Below, piece by piece: positions 24,928 to 31,929 of a stretch of DNA of 32,024 bases. This stretch comes from a virus, in the IMG/VR virus record IMGVR_UViG_3300045988_164286, positions 1-32,024 of that record; one strand, 5' to 3'. The notes under the pieces were generated by a model. The model was not told the origin of the DNA, did no database searches, and saw only the letters and a program-made list of their open reading frames with translations. The translations under genes and the position numbers were made by a program. Each line of letters opens with the position of its first letter. Position 1 is the stretch's first letter.

Positions 24928-24936
24928 ATGCAGAAC

Positions 24937-25119
24937 TTATTTTCTCGAGTTCTCCATATCTTTACGAATGAGTCCTTTGATGTAGCTCGAGCGGTTCTTC
25001 TTTGACTCTAGAAACTCTAACAAGTCTTTATCACTTGGGTACAGGTTGAACATAATCGCCTTAACGTTGTTTTTGCGATACTTAGCACTTGCCCGCTTTT
25101 GAGCTTCACTAGTAGCCAT
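24937..25119 (-). CDS. Ribbon-helix-helix (Arc/CopG-like) small DNA-binding protein
   Basis: 60 aa. The N-terminal basic strand KRASAKYRKNNVKAIMFNLY followed by two helices fits an RHH fold pattern. Confidence 0.5.
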   Translation of the reverse strand: MATSEAQKRASAKYRKNNVKAIMFNLYPSDKDLLEFLESKKNRSSYIKGLIRKDMENSRK

Positions 25120-25202
25120 TATCGACTTTCCTTCTTACGAATGATCTTGTAGAGAATGTGCGTTACTGCAACAGTAACTAATATGAGTAATACGTTTTCC
25201 AT
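25119..25202 (-). CDS. 27-aa hydrophobic micro-protein, translationally coupled to the RHH gene
   Basis: AAAGGAGcacaaaATG gives MENVLLILVTVAVTHILYKIIRKKESR*. Its stop overlaps the next ATG as TAATG. Confidence 0.45.
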   Translation of the reverse strand: MENVLLILVTVAVTHILYKIIRKKESR

Positions 25203-25277
25203 TTTGTGCTCCTTTGTGCTAATCTTAGAGCCTAGGAGATACCAGCTGCAACTGATATCCCCTTTGGCTTTAAGTCC

Positions 25278-25388
25278 TTACTCTTCGTCGGGGTGGGACT
25301 TTTTTAGTTTCTCTGCAATCTTTTCAACTGTGACTGTAGCTACTGCTGTGAAGATTGCGAGAAATAATTGCCATATCTTTTCTTCCAT
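25278..25388 (-). CDS. 36-aa single-TM micro-protein
   Basis: AGGAGGTGAgagATG gives MEEKIWQLFLAIFTAVATVTVEKIAEKLKKSHPDEE*. Confidence 0.45.
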   Translation of the reverse strand: MEEKIWQLFLAIFTAVATVTVEKIAEKLKKSHPDEE

Positions 25389-25461
25389 CTCTCACCTCCT
25401 TTCTTGTTGTATATAGTATATAACTAGTATCTATATATTACAAGTAAAAAGGCAAAAAAGA

Positions 25462-25941
25462 TTATTTATTTTTCAAGAATTTTTCGATGTAGTTCTCCTC
25501 ATCAATTGTCTCAAAGACTTCACGTTCTAACTGTTGTAGAGTTCGCACAGGAGTAAGAAGTCTTTCAGACACATCACTCCAAGTCAGGCATTGAAGATAG
25601 CGCCATTGAAGCAAGTCCGCATAAATAGAGCTGCTCATTAATTGACATATGCCGCCGTCTCCGAGTTGGCTCACACCGTACAGAAGCGTGTAAGCATCAT
25701 TGATATAGTCATAATTGTCATTCATTCTTTTAGACAGTAGAGCTTCTAGATCTATGCGTTTATCTACTTTTGCCATAGTGTCTTGATTTGAGCCCTTGCT
25801 CCCACCAGCTGAATATGACTGAGCTTTTGCTCCCTCAGTCTCTTGAAGGCTCATGATTTGCTGTAATGCTCTAGTGTTTTCTCTTGATGCTTCAGCTACA
25901 CCATGAAAAAACTCTGACGCGGTCAAACCACTGTAATCCAT
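25462..25941 (-). CDS. Putative late-gene transcriptional regulator (sigma-70 region-4-like / ArpU-RinA-like C-terminus)
   Basis: 159 aa. The C-terminal segment LLQWRYLQCLTWSDVSERLLTPVRTLQQLERE resembles a sigma region-4 HTH. It lies upstream of the packaging genes. Confidence 0.4.
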   Translation of the reverse strand: MDYSGLTASEFFHGVAEASRENTRALQQIMSLQETEGAKAQSYSAGGSKGSNQDTMAKVDKRIDLEALLSKRMNDNYDYINDAYTLLYGVSQLGDGGICQLMSSSIYADLLQWRYLQCLTWSDVSERLLTPVRTLQQLEREVFETIDEENYIEKFLKNK

Positions 25942-26324
25942 AATTCTCCAAACGTATCTACGTTTAGTTAGAGTAGTTATTTAAATTATATGATTTAGCT
26001 GGCTTGATAGAGAGTTTTCAACATTATGTATACAAGTTTTCTACAACTTATAAACATTATTGTATTGTTGAGCGGAATAACCTCTAATTTTTTATAGGAG
26101 GGTGCGCAACCGGTATGCTTGCGAGCCTTTCTCCGCCGCTTTGCGAAATTGCTTTGCGTGCAATTCGCAAGCTGCTTGCTTGCTATACCGTTACGTTTTT
26201 CGATAGAAAAGCGAAGCAAGTATAGCACATCGAAAATCTCATAATGAGCGTATTGAGCGTAACGGAATTTATTGAGCGCTACCAACAAAATCTACATAAT
26301 TTTTAGCCTAATTTTTTCAATTTA

Positions 26325-26356
26325 GGGGTCTCAGACGACTCCAAGACCCCTTTTTT
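26325..26356. terminator. GC-rich hairpin downstream of ssb; the U-tract is better on the plus strand
   Basis: GGGGTCT-cagacgactcca-AGACCCC followed by TTTTTT on the plus strand. On the minus strand it is followed by TAAATTG. Confidence 0.55.
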
Positions 26357-26392
26357 AGGCTCTACTCAACTAATAAATAATTTAATTAGTCT

Positions 26393-26815
26393 TTAGAACG
26401 GAATGTCCGAATCGTAAAGCTCTTCTTCTGGCGCTTGCGGTGCCGTGAATGAAGGCTGGCTCTGATCTGTAGCGGTCGTTGTTTGAGTCCTGGATAGAAA
26501 CTCAATCTCCCCTACAACAACCTCTAGTTTGCTGCGATGCTGTCCGTCCTTTGTTTCCCAAGAGCTGTAATGCAGCTTTCCGTCAATGGAAACCTTTGCG
26601 CCCTTAGAGATAAAGCGTGAAAGAGCTTCAGCACGTTGTCCAAAAACAATGCAGTCAACGAAGTTAGGAACATTCTCCCATTTGCCCGTTTGCGGATTCT
26701 TACGGCGGTCATTAACAGCCACACCAAACGAAAGGATATTTGTTCCTCCTGCTGTAGAGCGGAGCTCCGGGTCTCTTGTAAGGTTTCCGGAGATATTAAC
26801 ATGGTTAATTGACAT
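26393..26815 (-). CDS. ssb: Single-stranded DNA-binding protein
   Basis: OB-fold N-terminus MSINHVNISGNLTRDPELR...FGVAVN and the acidic C-terminal tail DSDIPF. Confidence 0.92.
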   Translation of the reverse strand: MSINHVNISGNLTRDPELRSTAGGTNILSFGVAVNDRRKNPQTGKWENVPNFVDCIVFGQRAEALSRFISKGAKVSIDGKLHYSSWETKDGQHRSKLEVVVGEIEFLSRTQTTTATDQSQPSFTAPQAPEEELYDSDIPF

Positions 26816-26824
26816 ATTGAACTC

Positions 26825-27070
26825 CTAAAAGTACTTATCGATTATTTTTTCTACATCCATAACACGAGGTAAATACGAGTAATTAGACATTTCCCAAACG
26901 AGAAACTTATGCGGAAAGCCTCTAATATCATCTCCATATAAAACTGAAACCCAGTTACCACGAGACTTAAAGTAGATGTGCTCGACACAAGCATTACTTC
27001 TGTCAGTCCAGGTCTTACCATAGCGCTCTAAAGCGTCACAGAGTTCTTGACAATACTTACTTCTCTTCAC
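26825..27070 (-). CDS. Hypothetical protein (81 aa from a GTG start)
   Basis: GGAGGTG lies 10 nt upstream of the GTG at 27070. The upstream part of the track ORF overlaps the previous gene and looks non-coding. Confidence 0.45.
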   Translation of the reverse strand: MKRSKYCQELCDALERYGKTWTDRSNACVEHIYFKSRGNWVSVLYGDDIRGFPHKFLVWEMSNYSYLPRVMDVEKIIDKYF

Positions 27071-27356
27071 GTCTACCGAGCACCTCCAGAATCTCTTCAG
27101 GCGTTCTAGGCGTCTTAAACGTGTAATCATCTGTTGAATAAATAATAGAGACCTCAAGCTTTGGTGGAAAATCTGACATGCCTCCAAATCCAATACCATC
27201 TAGCGTGGCGTTGTAAGGATACATACAACACAGTACTGAATCATCATCTAGCGGAATCCAAGTTCGCTCAGCTTTAGAGTCAGAATGATCTTCCCAGGAA
27301 ATATTTTGGACATCGAGCAACCTGCGTAGATCCTTTGTAACTTCACTAATTGCCAT
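27057..27356 (-). CDS. Hypothetical protein (99 aa)
   Basis: Clean ORF with a GAAAGG RBS, first gene after the recombinase-2 terminator-like hairpin. Confidence 0.55.
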   Translation of the reverse strand: MAISEVTKDLRRLLDVQNISWEDHSDSKAERTWIPLDDDSVLCCMYPYNATLDGIGFGGMSDFPPKLEVSIIYSTDDYTFKTPRTPEEILEVLGRREEK

Positions 27357-27522
27357 ACTAAATATCTGCCTTTCTCTAATTGTCTGATAATTACTTCTTA
27401 TCTAGCACTTACTAAGGAATAAAAAGAAATTCAAAGTTGAATGAACGTTTTTTGTAGAATTCAACTTGATTAAAAATTGCTAATTGCAACAAATTGCAAC
27501 AAGCGTTTAAGGCATGGAGCGA

Positions 27523-28698
27523 TTAGAGTTCTCTTTGTTCAATGGTCCTAAGAGCGTCTCCAAACGCTTCTGCCGCTCCCCTGTCACGTCCAGGAAGCAA
27601 ATGAGAATAAATCCTCAATGTCGTTGCTGGGTCGGCGTGGCCAAGACGTTCTGAAAGAGTCTTTAAGTCAACACCGCTAGCCAAACACCAAGACGCGTGA
27701 GTATGTCTGAGTGAGTGAAAGGTAATGCCTTGAGGTAGTTGGAGAGTGCGTCTCATGCGTGTAAATGACCTCGAGACGCTCGTAGGGCGCATGTATGAGC
27801 CATCAAGACTAATTAACGGTGTAGAAGACTCAATAAAAGCAATATGAGCGTGCTGGAGCTTCATGTACTCGCTAATGAAGCTAATATCTGAATCGGTGAT
27901 GGCAATGTTTCTTGATCTCTTGCCCTTGGTAGACTCTCGTCTATATGGCTTCCTGTACGACTCTTCAATAACGGTACCAGATACGTGAATATGCTTATAT
28001 AGCATGTTTACATCACTGTATCTGACAGCACAAACTTCACCGCAGCGCATACCAGTTACTAAAGACAGCCAAGCAGCAAAGGCACAAACAACACGGGAAT
28101 TAAACTCATTCTCTTGAATAGCTGTGGTAATTCTGGAATTAATAAGGGTACTTATTCCAGCGAAACCCCATTCTTCAATGGAAACGGCTTCATGAACTTC
28201 TCTGGATGGCTTGGCAACGTTAATAAGCGGGTTATAGTCGCATATGCCAGCAGAAACAAAGTAATTGTATGCGCCTCTCAAAAACTGATGTAGGTTAATT
28301 ACGCTGTTTCGAGACAACCCCTTTTTTAACAGATCCTGCTCAAAAGAGGTAAGTAAAGAGGACGTAACACTCCTTACATCCTCTTTACCAAGCCTACCGT
28401 TGATATGGTTTCTAATAAAGCCTTCATGCTGTCTTGTAGTGTTCGGACTTGCACCATTCCTTTGCTTAATCGACACATATTCAAGAAGCAAGTCAGTAAG
28501 CTGAGTACTTTTGACTTTGCCATCAGATGTGATGTGTGAAGCCCACATATTGGCTAATTCTTCAGCTTCTTTCTGCGTTTTAGCTGCAGGAAAACTTGCG
28601 TATGGCTGAATGATTTTGCCGTTAAGATTCCTTCCCAAGTAAAGTCGACAGCACCAAATGCCGTTCGAATTTTTCCTGACTTTTATGGTGCGATTCAT
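27523..28698 (-). CDS. Tyrosine recombinase / integrase-family protein (recombinase 2)
   Basis: TGMRCGE ... HSLRHTHASW ... LGHADPATTLRIYSHL gives a complete R-H-R-H-Y set. The arm-type N-terminus is MNRTIKVRKNSNGIWCCRLY. The ATG at 28698 overlaps the upstream stop as TAATG. Confidence 0.9.
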   Translation of the reverse strand: MNRTIKVRKNSNGIWCCRLYLGRNLNGKIIQPYASFPAAKTQKEAEELANMWASHITSDGKVKSTQLTDLLLEYVSIKQRNGASPNTTRQHEGFIRNHINGRLGKEDVRSVTSSLLTSFEQDLLKKGLSRNSVINLHQFLRGAYNYFVSAGICDYNPLINVAKPSREVHEAVSIEEWGFAGISTLINSRITTAIQENEFNSRVVCAFAAWLSLVTGMRCGEVCAVRYSDVNMLYKHIHVSGTVIEESYRKPYRRESTKGKRSRNIAITDSDISFISEYMKLQHAHIAFIESSTPLISLDGSYMRPTSVSRSFTRMRRTLQLPQGITFHSLRHTHASWCLASGVDLKTLSERLGHADPATTLRIYSHLLPGRDRGAAEAFGDALRTIEQREL

Positions 28699-28877
28699 TA
28701 GTAACGCTCCATGTAGCAGCCTTTGAAGCGTCTCCACTCAAGAATTAAGCCGATCGCATTAGCCTTTCTTGAACCGTCATATCCAAGAGCGATACCCTCG
28801 TCCTTTGCGACTGCCTTGATTTCCTTCATCGTCATCTTCTCGAGACGCTCTCTGTCTTCTGCTTCTTTTTGGTTCAT
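28698..28877 (-). CDS. 59-aa HeH/SAP/Rho-N-like small DNA-binding protein (below the ORF-track cutoff)
   Basis: AAGGAGAgactaATG gives MNQKEAEDRERLEKMTMKEIKAVAKDEGIALGYDGSRKANAIGLILEWRRFKGCYMERY*. TAATG-coupled at both ends. Confidence 0.55.
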   Translation of the reverse strand: MNQKEAEDRERLEKMTMKEIKAVAKDEGIALGYDGSRKANAIGLILEWRRFKGCYMERY

Positions 28878-30052
28878 TAGTCTCTCCTTAGTGGCATGCT
28901 TGCTACCATCGCGACAATAATTGCGATAACTCCAATACCAGCAACAACCGCAACGTTTTGGGTATCGCCAGTTGCAGGCAGTACAGCCTTCTTCTTTGCC
29001 TTCTTCGCTGGCTTTGCTGGCTCAGGCTTAGGCTCTGGCTCGTTATCCTGTGGAGTAGGCTGTGGCTGTGGTCCTGGAGTTGGTTCTGGAGTAGGCGGAG
29101 TCTCCGGCTCTGTTGGCTGTGGGCGGTTGTCACCGTTGCCATTACCGCCGCTGTCTTGGTTGACGTATTGATAGCGTGAGCTTTGCGTGGTCTCGCGGCT
29201 CTTTAGCTGGATAGAGTTCGAGGTCGTCTCTGTTCCATCGGTTTCGTAATACATGAAGTATTGGTTGCCTTGAAAATCAATACTCGACAAGTCCCATGTG
29301 AAGCCGTTGCCGTTAATAACTGGCTCGGGAACGTTGATACGCACCCAGCTTGCAGGATCAATGTTGCTGTATGCGTCCATGTGAACGCGGTAGAGACGGA
29401 ACGAGCCAGGAATAATGCGTGTACCCTCTTGCGCTGTATCCTCTAGTACAACGTTAGTAAGTGATTCTGCTGCGTGATTCAGACGGACTGACCACTCGAC
29501 CGTGCCGTGGTCGGTTTTGACACCCCACTTGGCGATGACCTCGTGCTGGATAATGCCGTAATGCTTTGTCTCGAAGCTAGTCTCCACGACCTGCCCCGTT
29601 GCTTCATCAATGAGCCTTAGCGTGGTTGTGCCAGCCGCTGCGTCGGCTTTGACGTGAGCAGCGAGCCACAATGTACCCTGTACGTGGTCTTTACCCTCTA
29701 CCCATGACGTGTAAGTGATCGTGACACGTCCTGGCGTAACTTGTGCGGTTGCCATTACCTCGCCGTCTGGCGCGTAAATGCTGAAGCTGGCTGCGTTAGT
29801 TGCTGGGAAGTCGAGAATATCGGGGATACCCAGCGAGAACGTGTCACCCTCGTGGACTTCACCCGTTGCACTCCAAGAAGCCGTCAAGTAGATGTCTTGG
29901 TTCGTGAATGCAGAGGTTAAGTCCTGCTTGTTTTTGTCCGTAACTCTAAAACTGGTAATTGTGGTCGGCACCGTCTGAGCCTGTGCGAGAGCTGGCACGC
30001 ATACCAGCGCTGCAAAGACGCAGACAGCCAGCCATTGAAGAATCTTCTTCAT
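28877..30052 (-). CDS. LPXTG-anchored surface protein (MSCRAMM / collagen-binding-like N-terminal region, Pro-rich stalk)
   Basis: Signal peptide MKKILQWLAVCVFAALVCVPALAQA. Stalk PQPTEPETPPTPEPTPGPQPQPTP. Sorting signal LPATGD plus hydrophobic helix plus RRD at the C-terminus (LPATG at about 28967-28981). Confidence 0.85.
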   Translation of the reverse strand: MKKILQWLAVCVFAALVCVPALAQAQTVPTTITSFRVTDKNKQDLTSAFTNQDIYLTASWSATGEVHEGDTFSLGIPDILDFPATNAASFSIYAPDGEVMATAQVTPGRVTITYTSWVEGKDHVQGTLWLAAHVKADAAAGTTTLRLIDEATGQVVETSFETKHYGIIQHEVIAKWGVKTDHGTVEWSVRLNHAAESLTNVVLEDTAQEGTRIIPGSFRLYRVHMDAYSNIDPASWVRINVPEPVINGNGFTWDLSSIDFQGNQYFMYYETDGTETTSNSIQLKSRETTQSSRYQYVNQDSGGNGNGDNRPQPTEPETPPTPEPTPGPQPQPTPQDNEPEPKPEPAKPAKKAKKKAVLPATGDTQNVAVVAGIGVIAIIVAMVASMPLRRD

Positions 30053-30090
30053 GGTTAAAGCCTTTCTATTTGGTTGTTGAAAATGGGAAA

Positions 30091-30222
30091 TTAAAATAAA
30101 TCGTCAATTAAATCTGCTACGTTAATTGCGATTGTGTAACTCACTAAACCGACGATAGGAACAAGAAAAACAAACGCTAAAAGAATTAGCAAATAAGCAA
30201 CGATAAAGGTCAGTAGCTCCAT
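30091..30222 (-). CDS. 43-aa hydrophobic micro-protein
   Basis: AGGAGGttaaATG gives MELLTFIVAYLLILLAFVFLVPIVGLVSYTIAINVADLIDDLF*. Confidence 0.5.
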   Translation of the reverse strand: MELLTFIVAYLLILLAFVFLVPIVGLVSYTIAINVADLIDDLF

Positions 30223-30249
30223 TTAACCTCCTAACAGTAAGCGGAGAAT

Positions 30250-30321
30250 TTAATCGCTAAAAGCAAAAGCAATACCAGCGAGAATGCAGAAAACTAGAAC
30301 AACAATATCTGCGGCACCCAT
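30250..30321 (-). CDS. 23-aa hydrophobic micro-protein
   Basis: AAAGGAGGctcatATG gives MGAADIVVLVFCILAGIAFAFSD*. Confidence 0.45.
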   Translation of the reverse strand: MGAADIVVLVFCILAGIAFAFSD

Positions 30322-30350
30322 ATGAGCCTCCTTTCTGTTTGTAAGGTTGC

Positions 30351-30791
30351 TTATAAGAGTTTTTCAAGGGTCTCTTTAAGCGAGTTATAAAGGCCATAAG
30401 TAATCTTGTTTTCACTGAGATTAACCACATGTATTCCACAGGCAAGTGCAACATCACTCTCAAGTCTTGCTCCACGAGAGGCATTCCAACCAGGCAGCAG
30501 TACTACTGTGTCGTAATTAGTAATTTCTGAAAGGCATCGATGCATTGCCTGTTCCCAGCTAGAACTTGCAGGAATCTGCGCAGCGGGGTTATAGATCTGC
30601 TCAGCATCGTCAAGCGCGGCAAGCTCTTCAACAAACATAAACAAGCCTTTGTAATTCTTCACGTTAGTAATTGGTCCAGAAAGGTACACTCGTTTGCCCT
30701 TAATAGCAGAGCCGAGACATTCACTATTGCTCAAATATGCCAGTAAGGCATAACGCTTGATGAGGTCCACAGCTTTCTCAACAGAATCCAT
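30351..30791 (-). CDS. DUF4406 / nucleoside 2-deoxyribosyltransferase-like protein
   Basis: VYLSGPIT ... YNPA ... W..AM..CL ... DTVVLLPGWNASRGARLE..VA...G is the characteristic DUF4406 pattern. TAAGGAG RBS. Confidence 0.65.
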   Translation of the reverse strand: MDSVEKAVDLIKRYALLAYLSNSECLGSAIKGKRVYLSGPITNVKNYKGLFMFVEELAALDDAEQIYNPAAQIPASSSWEQAMHRCLSEITNYDTVVLLPGWNASRGARLESDVALACGIHVVNLSENKITYGLYNSLKETLEKLL

Positions 30792-30832
30792 TACTACTCC
30801 TTAATTCTTAGCTTGTATCTATTTCTGTTTGC

Positions 30833-31060
30833 TCACTCTCGCTCCCCTCTCTTTGCAGCTCTTGCGCGTTTTATATACCAGTAGTCACGCAAAAGTGAGT
30901 AGGTATACATCGGTCCTCCATAGGCAAAATGGGTTCCCAAGAGCCACTCAGGACCTTCTGGGTCATTGGCATCAAAGCCACCTCCCCAACCATGTCTAGC
31001 TTCAATGTGCCAGAGAAACCACGCAAGAATTCTTTGAGGTATGGTTAAATACGGAATCAT
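30833..31060 (-). CDS. Hypothetical Trp/Gly-rich protein (75 aa)
   Basis: AAGGAGA RBS and a clean ORF. No motif recognised. Confidence 0.55.
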   Translation of the reverse strand: MIPYLTIPQRILAWFLWHIEARHGWGGGFDANDPEGPEWLLGTHFAYGGPMYTYSLLRDYWYIKRARAAKRGERE

Positions 31061-31097
31061 ATTTTGTCTCCTTTTCTTGGTTATTCATCGTTGATCC

Positions 31098-31643
31098 TTA
31101 CGTTGCCAGTGCAAGTGTTTGATTGTCGATATAGTCATCTGATGGTTTAACGGCTTGCTCTAACGTCTCTGTCTCTCTCATAAACAACACCCAGTGCGTC
31201 TTAGAGGCTTTAGGGCGTCGGTTACCGATGATTGGCTTTGCCGGGCAAAGCTTAAGTACATCTTTAAGCGGGATGTGATACTCGTACCACTTAAAGACAA
31301 GGACACCATGGGGTTTGAGTACACGCAGACACTCGCTAAAACCTTTGGCCAAGTCCTCATGCCAGCTGTCTGAATCAAGCTTTCCGTACTTGTCGACCTG
31401 CCAACCTGCTCCAACGTCCAAATGTGGTGGGTCAAAGATAACGAGGTTAAAGCTTTTATCTGGGAAAGGTAGCTTTCTAAAGTCGGCTACCATATCGGGG
31501 CTAACATCAAGCGTGCGTCCATCACATAACGTGAGATATCTTGGATGTGCATCACATTTAAGTACGCGTTCGTCATCTTTATCAAAGTAAAAACTACGTG
31601 CCCCACAGGCTACATCTATCGCTGGTGGCAACTTATCCGTCAT
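31098..31643 (-). CDS. SAM-dependent methyltransferase, probably a DNA N6-adenine or N4-cytosine type (orphan)
   Basis: Motif I-like IDVACGARS and motif IV VIFDPPH. No adjacent nuclease. The ATG at 31643 (RBS GGTGGTG) is preferred over the track start at 31691. Confidence 0.6.
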   Translation of the reverse strand: MTDKLPPAIDVACGARSFYFDKDDERVLKCDAHPRYLTLCDGRTLDVSPDMVADFRKLPFPDKSFNLVIFDPPHLDVGAGWQVDKYGKLDSDSWHEDLAKGFSECLRVLKPHGVLVFKWYEYHIPLKDVLKLCPAKPIIGNRRPKASKTHWVLFMRETETLEQAVKPSDDYIDNQTLALAT

Positions 31644-31929
31644 TGCGCACCACCCTTGCGCCGCAATGAGGACAGTACAAGTCATCGTCATATAAGTCAG
31701 CTCCGCACTCGGAACAGACGGTGTTGTTGCCCGCTTCGACCGGCTTGCATGTAGGGTCGATAAGGTCGGCCAGACGCTCTAGTGTCAGCTCGTATGTATT
31801 TACGGCTGGCAGCTGTGGTCTAACACCGATACAGTGGAGTAGAAGCACGTATGCTTCTGATACATTACGAGCGATACCGCCTTCACGTATCGTTTTCAGA
31901 GTCTCTTTGCGCTCTTCACGGCTAGTCAT
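31633..31929 (-). CDS. Zn-ribbon protein (98 aa)
   Basis: C-terminal CSECG...CPHCG pair. ATG at 31929 lies 5 nt after AGGTGA. Confidence 0.55.
   Translation of the reverse strand: MTSREERKETLKTIREGGIARNVSEAYVLLLHCIGVRPQLPAVNTYELTLERLADLIDPTCKPVEAGNNTVCSECGADLYDDDLYCPHCGARVVRNDG

Noticed and set aside
25995-26288. 97-aa minus-strand ORF in the ssb-regulator gap
   Set aside because: It has no RBS and an odd composition with many rare-looking residues, and it spans palindromes and iteron-like repeats. The region is treated as non-coding.
28896-29179. Plus-strand ORFs and Pro-codon repetitiveness near the 3' end of the adhesin gene
   Set aside because: They are the shadow of the Pro-rich stalk (PEPTPGPQPQP...) of the LPXTG protein.
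30257-30484. 75-aa minus-strand ORF overlapping the DUF4406 gene end
   Set aside because: It is out of frame with, and overlaps, a well-supported gene. The region is better explained by the 23-aa micro-ORF with its consensus RBS.
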